Below, piece after piece: positions 54,528 through 64,000 of a stretch of DNA of 64,000 nucleotides. Below the pieces are notes generated by a model, which saw only the letters and a list, made by a program, of their open reading frames with translations, was not told the origin of the DNA and searched no databases. Origin of the DNA: Bigelowiella natans CCMP2755 (taxonomy: Eukaryota; Protista; Cercozoa). The DNA lies in NCBI GenBank assembly GCA_000320545.1, contig ADNK01002063.1:1-64000 (forward strand). Reading direction: 5' to 3'. The translations under genes were made by a program, and so were the position numbers. Position 1 is the stretch's first letter; the number at the start of each line of letters is the position of its first letter.

Positions 54528-55655
54528 GATTCTTTCGGTTTGGAGTCTGGAGAGTCACGTACACATACAACGTATCTCACTGCTCGCTCTTCCACTCTAT
54601 CAATCTGGAAAGAGTTTACAGGGATGGGGGCGGCGACGATTTATCGGACCGACAGCAGCCTGTGCGAGGATTCAGTTGGTTTTTCCCCTTTTAATCCTTG
54701 TCGCAGACGAAATTCGCAGCCATATTCTAAAAAGACACAGATTCTCCAAAAAAACGAATCAAATACAGGACATTCTATGAACTACGACATCAAATATTAC
54801 CGAGTTCCATCCGTTGAACATTTGAATTCAAACCTAACGGTGACGCAATGCAAGCGTGCTAGCGTGTCCAGCTACTCTAGTACTTGTTGTAGAGCTTTGC
54901 AAACCTGCAGCCAGTGTACGGACTTTCTTTCTGAGAGTCCACGAGGTGTTTTTACGACTGATCCGCCGCCATTTTGTGCGTTGTTGGTGTGTCCATCATT
55001 GTTCGATCATCGCAGCACGTCCATCCACAGTCTCACTCATTGCAGTCTAGCAGTGATCGATTGCTCTCCAGTTTTGTGCATTTCCATCCATTTAATTGTC
55101 ATTTATTCATTTAAATGATCGAGATTATTCATGCCAGCATGGTGTGCCGAAGTTGAACAATCGCAATGCAGTGATCTAGCTAGCTAGGGGATCACTAGGT
55201 CCACGTGCTAGCGTGCGCGTCACTGACACACACGCTAGCACGCAATGAAATGAAATGGCCATTCATCGTAGATGTGAATGTGAGCATGATTGGCACACAG
55301 CTAGACAGCATACAAGCTGTGCGTGGTCGCTAGTAGCCATGACAATACGTCCGCGCTAGTCGTGCAATAATTGCGATTCTGCGCTAGTCGTTCAGAAAAT
55401 TAATGCGAGCTCATTATGCGTACACATGTTGTACAGTTCACTGAAATGTAATTCATGTGCGTATATTCTTTGACTATCTATGTTACACACACATGTGTAT
55501 GTTACATTCATATACATACATACATACATATACATAAATGTATTTGTGTGTGTGTGTGTGTGTGTGTGTGCACAGAACTACCAATTTATGAAATCAACAC
55601 TATAAGCCAGCTTTGTTACATTTCAAAGTTCATTGGACATAGCAAGACATGATTG

Positions 55656-55840
55656 TTAATTCACTTCAATTGTGTCACCAGCTTCACTTAGGGCCCTTCC
55701 AGGCTGTGGAGCATCAACCAGCTCGGGAGTCATTACATCGATCGTACTGAAACTTCCATCAATCACTTTGCTAAGTACAACATCATTTATCATGAAAATA
55801 ACTTCTCTTTGAATAGGAGGGCTTAATGTATTCTAAGACG

Positions 55841-55881
<41 letters not shown>

Positions 55882-56737
55882 ATAGATATATACATATATG
55901 TGTGTGCATATGTATCAAGAACATTTAAAATTACAAAGTGCCACGAACCTCTCAGCGTCGTCAATCGAGGCCGGTATAAACACATATTCGCGCAGACCTT
56001 GACCAAAGTTTCCCAGAGCTTTGCAAGTGTATCTGGCAGGGTATAGCAGGTGCAGAGAGGTGACTTATGCAAGAAGAACTTGAGCTTTCAACTAAGGCGT
56101 TTCTATTATTCCGCGCGTGTGTGTGCGCATGTGCGAGAACGCATATCAAATACAAATTCTTATATGAAAAGTGCTAAATTACGTAAGAAGCGTGGCTCGA
56201 ATAACCACACTGACGAAGCCGGAGATGAGAAAGACTCCGAAGTCAGGGTTCCCATAAAGGGAGACCAGCCTGTACCCAATGTAACTGAGGGGAGGGGGGA
56301 TTCGTTGAGATTTTGACAATCCGGCTTCAGGCAGTAACAATGCTGATAGTTTTTAGATTTCCCATAGATCTCGGCGGGTCAAAAACCATCATCCGAATTT
56401 TCAGTTTTTTTTACAGCGGCTGCACATAGCAGAATCTGTTCCCTCTCCCCCCCTCCCCTCCGCCCTTCTCTCTCTCTCAACTCCTCTCTCAGATGACGAT
56501 TTGAGACAGAATCGAAAGCAATGGCAGTTCTCTATAGTGTCATCGAGAAGTCGCAAGGGTTAATAGAGGAACTTGCAAACGTTAATAGAAGAAATCTAAT
56601 AGAAATCGCCGACACTAGTAAAGGGAGCACCCTTACCTACCTGGGTAAAATGAAGGAGAACACGAATAATATATAGACGATGATTCGAACCTCCTCACGC
56701 ACACCTGATGCAAAGCAGAGTATATATTCATTTATAC

Positions 56738-56776
<39 letters not shown>

Positions 56777-57216
56777 TACGTGTGCGTGTGTGTGTGTGTG
56801 TGTTTGTGTGTTTTGAAGGTTCTTTGATGCGATATTTGATTCGTTGATGTGCCCAACCGTAATTCCCGACAATTAACATGAAAAAATTCACTCCAAGCGC
56901 TACGGAGTCCAGAATGGTTTCCAGCTCGCGAAGCACCAAGAAAGACGCCAAGATACAAATCAGAAGGCTATTAGGAAGGGGGAGAAAACAGGGGGGGGGC
57001 GGGGGGGGGGCGAGTGTTATTCAAAATTGAAGCGACATGATGATTTTTTGTCAGCATTGCCTCGTTGCGGAACTAAAAGTATATTATATATTGTATTAAA
57101 TTCTCATGAGACGACTCTTAATGATGACGACGATGGTGATCATGGAAAAGGAAGAACCCGTTGTCTTTCATCATTGCCATCTATCACAAACCTCCCTCTG
57201 AGCCGCGTAATGACCG

Positions 57217-57250
<34 letters not shown>

Positions 57251-57943
57251 GTTTATCATTGCTGAGGCTGTAACAACAGACCGGTATTACCTAACGACGA
57301 AATCGAGCTTGAGCAGCGAATAGAATATGTTGTACACTCGGAAGATCTTCTGGAGATGAAGATCTGGCCCCTGCGAAGGAAGTCAAGACGTCAATTGACA
57401 ACAACTCATGCTAAAAAGAGGAGAATGCAACAGCCTCACCACTCTTCGATGAATATACCACCCGAAGGAATCATGCACTCGATACGCCGCAGCGATTAGC
57501 AGAAGCTGCACAACGACAGTTTCAATGCCGGCTGATCACCACATACATTGTATGAATCAAAACAATGGGCTATCGTTGTCACCATCATTGATGCTGGGAG
57601 ACTTGCGTGATTGCTGATGATACTTCTTCTGCTGCTGCTGCTGCTGCTACCATGAGCCGTTATTACTAAAATAATTTTTTACAGTTGTGGAAAGAGTGCT
57701 ACATACTGGCGAGGGCAAGCTGCTGAAAGTAAGAACCCATCGAAGCCTTTACCGATGCATCGAAGCTCACATATATTGCGTATCCTAATGCCAATCAGCC
57801 CCAAATAGTAGTTTATTATACAAACGAGACCCATCGCCCATTGTTGAGTAATCCAAATAAAAAAGTAGCTGTTATCGGGATAAAAACCCAAAAATATTAT
57901 CAAAATAAATCCCCCGGACACTGAACATATATACACATGTATA

Positions 57944-57992
<49 letters not shown>

Positions 57993-58586
57993 GTATATCG
58001 GCGATGACAGAATGTGGAAACAACCCATTACAACGCCGTGTACAATAACTGACGTCCACAGTGTAAAATGGTCCTCTGGAAAAATACATGTATATGAATA
58101 CAGCACGGTGTTTCCTTTTACATTCGTCATAAGCACAACGTCAACCATGCTCAGGTTTCTTTTTACAAAAATCATCTTCATCATCATTGTCTTTCTCTTT
58201 ATCAGTGTAGTCATTCTCATTATCACCAGCATCATCATGCAAACATACATACATACATACATACCTCGTTTCACGCAATCAAAAACGAAGTAGAGCATAG
58301 CTGTAGCGCTTACAATCCATATTATGGCGTAGGCATCTGCATCTCTATATACAAGAAAGATAGGCAAATAACGATATGCTAATCAACGTTGTTTCTGCTT
58401 ATGTTTCTCCTAAAATCAAAAGTACGGAGCCTGATATCGCATCGAAAACAGCAATTGGTTGCAACTCGCGAAATGACAAATGAACGTGTCCCAAAACCAC
58501 TACATAAAGCGCTTGTTTGGCGCATCCAGCACAGTCGCAAGAGGCGACAACTCAATCTTGCTGCCGCGCCTCCTACCGCGTCTCAT
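55656..58586 (-). CDS. Multi-pass membrane protein resembling the UPF0658 Golgi membrane protein family
   Basis: Multiple TM exons. Motifs FGWYIHRR..GPDLHLQKIFRVYNIFYSLLKLDF and NFGQGLREYVF resemble this family as I recall it. 5' end uncertain. Confidence 0.55.
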
Positions 58587-59649
58587 GATCTAAGAGAATC
58601 AACGTGCAGACTGCGCAGAGGTAAAGAACCTAAATGATGAATAAACCATGTAGGAATGAGATCATTTCCTCAAAAACTTTCTGCCCCCTTCCCTAATGGA
58701 TGATTGTTTCAGTAGATTGCCAAAGCAGCATTTGTTGTGAGAAATGCCTCAGAGATGTGATGATGTTATTATCTATTCCGAAGGGATGAATGGAAGCGCA
58801 AAGGGAGTTTATTTGAGCTATATTACCTGAAATCCGACTAGCATTACGTAAAATTTGGATTCATTCGATAATTTCTTTATCACGTGCGTTTCGGCGCGTT
58901 CTAACTGTAAAATGCCAACCAAATAAGGAACGAAGCTTGATTATAGCAACAGATATAGGGGGAAGGGGGGGGGGGGGGGAGAGGGGGAGGGGAATTCCAT
59001 TTCGACCACCTACAGCACCGATGCACCACATCAGCACAAAAATTAGCGAAAAGGATCCTCCAGCCCCTCTCCCCCCCAAACAACGTCAACTGAGCTTCTC
59101 CGTTAATGCAATCGCTTGTGCACATTCCGAACAAGCAAAGAATACGTTTGTACGTACGGTGGGGATAAAGCGCCTGAGTTCCCGTTCATTCATGCACCAG
59201 CAGCAAGACATGGCCACCTCTCGTTACGAGCGCTAATGATTGGGGCATGAAGCTTACTCGACAAGAAAGGTTTGAATGTTCTATGAGGAGCGTCTCAACC
59301 TTGCTTCCACACCTCATCTCAGCCCTCCCAATGAAAGCCAAAAAAAAAAGCTTCGCATTCTCGAAAAGGGGAAAAGGGTTGCAGGAGGAGAAGGAGGGGG
59401 GAGAAGGAAAAAGATGTGCCCGGCTTACATGCTCGAATGGGTGGGGCGGCAAATCCGAAAAGGATACGCCGTGCGTTTGTGTTAAAGCAATGCACTAGTA
59501 TTAGATGTCGCAGGTCTAAAACCCAGGACAATTTTCCTTCCATCGGGAGCTAGTGTGATTGTGTCGCAGGTTTGAAAAAGCTTAACAACAGATATTTTGT
59601 TGTTGTCGCATGCACCCTTTTCTCCTTTTGGCCCCTTTTTTCCCGGTGT

Positions 59650-60075
59650 GACTCCCGGAAGGACTTGCGCCCGTGCGACGGCTGTCTGTCTCATCCTTGC
59701 GCAATTCTCACGAAGACACGTCTCTGCAACATCTTTTGTTCTCCTGTCAAGGAACATCTGATGTCAGAGACCGTTTCTGGAACAGGGTTCGTCACCTTGC
59801 ATCTCGTCATCAAGCTGATTCCAATGACAATGCAATCACCTTGCGTGCCTTCTCAGCCACGTCTTCACGTGGCAAAGCTCTGCCTTGCTCCAGGGGCTAG
59901 ACCTGGTGTTCCTTCGACTGACAAAGAAATCGACAGGACTTTCCGTCGAACCATTGTCCTGCTTGACAATTTTGCTGCTGTTCGCCAATCCAATTTTCCC
60001 CCGTCGCAATGTTCTTGGCTTCTTCTTCCTTGTTCTGTCACGTCTGGCGCTTCGATCACCAGTTTCAGTTGCAAC
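59650..60075 (-). pseudogene. Decayed coding remnant (repeat family) with a possible Myb/SANT-like segment
   Basis: One frame reads ..STESPVDFFVSRRNTRSSPWSKAELCHVKTWLRRHAR*LHCHWNQLDDEM..MFLDRRTKDVAETCLRENCARM with in-frame stops. A homologous piece lies at 11554-11705. Confidence 0.45.
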
Positions 60076-60310
60076 TCAGACACGTTCTGACTGCACCAAC
60101 AAACAACAGACAGTTCACCCAGCCTCAACTCATCACCTTTGGCTTCCTCAGATGTGGGTTGTTGGCTGGTTTTGCAACTCACCACCAACAGGGTGCTGAC
60201 AAGTCCTTGCAACGACTGTTGTTGAGGCTCTGCTGCACGGCTGCGTGCACACGCCTGTCTCCCCCAGTCCCGTGTGGTTCTGGCGCATGTGAACTTGATC
60301 AATGCTTTAG

Positions 60311-60346
<36 letters not shown>

Positions 60347-60860
60347 CCAGATCATCATCCACAATGCTCAGAACCAGAGAACGATGTGAATTGCCGCCAG
60401 CCTGAATCGAACTTTCAGGTGTTGTCACAATTGTGCATGCACATTGCAGATGAAGCATGTTCAGTTTGTTTGAGTGAATGCTCTGTCGCAGTGCCAGCTG
60501 GCCAGCGCCAGAGTGTCCGTCCGGATCTGACCAGCTGGGGATGAGCAGCACTTGCAGGCACGACTGCAAGTCTGGCCAGCTAGTGGATGAGGTCCACGTC
60601 TCTAGGTCTGGCTAGCTGGCCAGCTGGAGGTGTGTGCACTTTCACGTTTCTGGCGTGGCGCTGGCAAGTGTGCTGTGGTGTGTGATGTCCAAACGTGTGA
60701 GTGACGATGATGAAATCATCGTGACCGCCAAGTACACATACACATTCATTCTGCAGTGTATATTCATGAGCAATGGATCGATGCTTCAATGTGTTTCCTA
60801 GCACACAAAGATATGCTTGCATCCAAAATTTGGTTCTCAGCTTAGTCTATAACGCCAGTG

Positions 60861-62589
60861 CTATTTCTTCTTAATCGCAGAGCCGATTTTTGTGGTCACC
60901 CATGATGTGAACTCTGCATAACTGAGCCGGCCATCTTTGTTCACATCCGCAGCCTTGATGATAGCAGACAATTGACTCGGGCTGACATTTCGTAGTCCTA
61001 CTCTTGGTAGGATTCTCTGAACTTCATCGGGATCCAGCAATCCATTCTTGTCCGCATCAGCCTTTGCGAATTTACTGGACAAATCTTTCATGTCGATTTT
61101 AGCCAAACTGGCTATCCAAGAATTCGGTAATTCTGCTCGACTGCATTGGTTCTCACCTTTCAAATCGATCACCACAGTAACCATTTAGGCAGGCTCTAGA
61201 AAATATAGTGCGAGCATAACAAAAACAAAGCAACAACTCAAACCGTACCTTTGATCCCGAAAGCATCCTCCACCATTTTATAGGCAATTGGATCGAACCC
61301 CTTCAGCTCGCAGTGAATATATGGAAAGTAATCGTTTCGGAAACGACGTGAGGAGAAGAATGCTTCGCAGGCTTCAGCAAAATACTCTGCGCTATTGTTT
61401 GCAGCGTAGTGTTTGGCATTCGAACTCCTGCCATCTCTTTCAGACGTCGCGTATTTACCTGTCTTCATCGCCTTTGCATAGGCTTCATCAACTATTTTTT
61501 GTACATGTCGGCGTCTGTAGTTGTGATAAGCATGGCATAGTTCATGAAGTAAGATTGAAGGCTGGTTCCATCCTAGATAGTGGCTGCAATTTAGGATTTC
61601 CACTCCGCCCGCCTTCTCCGGCATCTGGTCGTGTGCGATAAGCCATGACCCGGCACCTGACCAGTGACACCAAGCTCCTCTTTGCTCCTTTCCCTGTGCA
61701 CTTGAGCTAATGTTAATCCAAATCGGCGCGCGCTCTTGGAGGCCTTTGGTAGCACGTTTGGGCATTACCCTTAAAATCTCTGCCGTGTCGCCGTGTAGCT
61801 TTTCCTCAAGGCCAAGGCTCGATGCGAAAGCTCCTTTCTCGATGTAGAATTTGAATCCATTGATGTTGTGAGCCTCGTAGATCTTTCCCTTAGCGTTACG
61901 GTTACCATGGACGACTTCACCGGTGGGGGTCTTACTGGCTGAGGCGCCGGTCTTTGTGTCTCCAGCGTTTTGACAAACAACGACATTGTGGACGCGTCTT
62001 TTATTGATCTGCCGGTTTAGTGAGTCATGCATTGGAGTCGGCGCTTTAGTCGATGAATATACTGGACCTGGCAATTCAGAAAAAATAAGAGGGACGATAA
62101 TGTATTATTAGGTGAAGAAAGCTCACCTGTTGCAAGGTATGAGAACCACCCTTTAGCCTTTGATACGCCTATGGCGACACAATTCGCGTCCTTTATCCAA
62201 ACTGAAACCTTTTCATCTTCTTTGGGGAGCGCTTTTGTTTTAATACAGAATCCATTGGATCCCAGTTCGGTTGCCTTTGCGATCGCTCGACGGACAGTCA
62301 TCCTCCCAACATGCATGTCTCCCCCAGATACAAGGTATCCATTCTTTACTTCATAAGATATCTTATAAGTCCACCAATCTGCATTTTTAAATACCTTTTT
62401 CGCCACGCATTGATCATCTTTGATGAACACGTCCACTTTGTCACCTGGTGTTGCAGTTTTCGACTTGAAGCAGAACCCCGTCGCTCCAAGCGAGCTGGCC
62501 TTCTTAAAGGCCTCCGAAAGGCTCATTTTACCGGTAGCTAAGTCACCTCCGGAGGCTAAGTATCCATTCAATGCCTTCCAAAAGCTCAT
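60861..62589 (-). CDS. Two ~75-aa N-terminal repeats + lethal-factor-like HExxH zinc metallopeptidase + EF-hand pair
   Basis: Exon 1 has two NGYLxSGGD..M...A..KA..LG..GFC.K..V.V.IKD..CVA..W..Y repeats. Exon 2 has ILLHELCHAYH..YAANNSAEYFAE..NDYFPY..ELKGFDP. Exon 3 has DADKNGLLDPDE and DVNKDGRLSYAE. Two phase-1 introns join them in frame. Confidence 0.8.
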
Positions 62590-64000
62590 GGTACACTGTT
62601 CGGAGAGGGGGAGATAAGACCAAAAGTATCAACCGGTAATAAACTTACTAAACGATTATAAATTCATTGTCGCAGGACGAAAATCTACAGGATTTTATCA
62701 AATTCTGTCTCTTGGAAAAAAAATGGCTCCGAACCCTCGGACGACCCGACCGGCGTGGATCATCGTGTAGATAGAGCCTTTAGGAAGTTCCTACCTAGAT
62801 TAGATGCTTTGCATCGCCACCATATTGCTGCTAGTTACATTGTTCCACAATAGCTAGATCATCATTTTCAAAACCCAGTTGGTTTCACCACTAGACCAGT
62901 TAGTCCTGCTCGGGCACTTGCATGCTGCACAGCACGTGGCATGCACATGGGGGTTTAACGCCGAAAGTCACCTACGAGAAGGCGAAGTTATTGTACCCTG
63001 AAATATTCTACTTCTCAATGTAATAATAGCCTAGCATGATATTCGACCGGTTAGACCTGAGTGCACGTGTGCACGTGCTGGCGTGCAGCGTGCTAGCGTG
63101 CTGTGCAAACAGTCAAGCATGATGACATGCACAAGTCTGCTACACAATGTGCCATCATTGTTGTCATTGTGAAATGCTTGAACATTTAATACTTTAATAA
63201 AAATACAACTCAAACCGAATCACAGTCAACATCATACTTGCATTCCATGCGCTGCGCGCTGCAAGTTCGAAGCATGCAGCTTGCATGGATTCTGCTTGCC
63301 AATGCGATGCATGCTGAAAAAAAGCGATGAGCGCATGCACATGGCTAGCTGGTATGATGAACAATGAACAATGATAAAAAACTATATTTCCAAAATGTTA
63401 CAAGACATTTGCAGTGCACGAAACGCAGTGCCTCGAACTAGCTTCATCAGTTGTGAGGACTGTGACTAGTGAACTAGATGACAGGCACAGCAACATGTCA
63501 TGTGTGTAAGACACAGCAACATGACACATGCAACACATGTATGACACATTGCATGTCCATCATCTAGCAGGATTTTTTGAATGCTGACATGATCTAGCCA
63601 TTGTGTCAGCATCATGGTTGCAGCAACAGCACGTGTGATGCACACACGATGTTGCACGTGCAACACAGAAACGCAAACAGATGAAACTTGAGCGCTGCAG
63701 CCGCTGCATTGCACAGCGGCATTGGGATGACCATTCAAAAAATTTTGACATTTCATCACATCCGTCTCATGTGCAACACGTGCATGACATTGCAATGCTG
63801 TGGATGCAGTGTGGAGGGAAATGTGGGCAGTGACGCAGTGACTGTCCTTCTCATTCCCAAGTGTTGTCCTTCCCCAGAGCCGTTTAGAGTTACGTGTCTG
63901 CCATCTTTTGCTCGCACACTGTTCGATGCTGAGCAACTAGCAGTAGTGAGAGTTCATTCACACAGTGGTTCCGCTGTTGAAGGGTTCTGCCAGCAAGAAC

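Larger units (their letters stand above)
1..60345. repeat. Numerous microsatellites: (TA)n, (CA/TG)n, (GA/TC)n, (CAT)n, (TAC)n, (CAG)n and poly-C/G, mostly intronic
   Basis: Directly visible, for example (TA)n at 1-42 and 15415-15464, (GA)n at 970-1002 and (TAC)n at 21531-21569. They explain the YIYI/CVCV/ERER ORFs in the ORF track. Confidence 0.95.

Noticed and set aside
63466-63936. 156-aa Cys/His-rich ORF
   Set aside because: Tyr-free by-product of a TpA-poor spacer, with no zinc-finger spacing.

Overview
This is a gene-dense, intron-rich nuclear genome segment from a eukaryote, probably a protist; the lineage cannot be fixed from the sequence alone. About 18 spliced protein-coding genes could be reconstructed by hand: the 3' part of a degenerate SNF2/RAD5-like helicase, a three-repeat Myb-like protein, a FYVE + RanBP2 zinc finger + PARP-type mono-ADP-ribosyltransferase, an EF-hand-like protein, a DHHC palmitoyltransferase, mitochondrial citrate synthase, a FUT8-like GT23, an RRM/UHM protein, SETD3, a secreted 2H phosphoesterase, a PLAC8 protein, an ependymin-like protein, a DOT1-like methyltransferase head-to-head with RAD9 (9-1-1 clamp), a GT4 glycosyltransferase, a UPF0658-like membrane protein, a lethal-factor-like zincin fused to EF-hands, and two hypothetical genes. 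There is one 1.14-kb non-autonomous TIR transposon with an 8-bp target-site duplication. The most striking signal is compositional. Intergenic spacers and the transposon have lost nearly all TpA dinucleotides (apparent TA->TG/CA, CTAG most resistant) while keeping CpG, whereas introns carry long intact (TA)n runs. This points to a RIP-like or base-modification-driven hypermutation process acting on untranscribed DNA. Exon boundaries and counts were made by eye and some start codons are uncertain.
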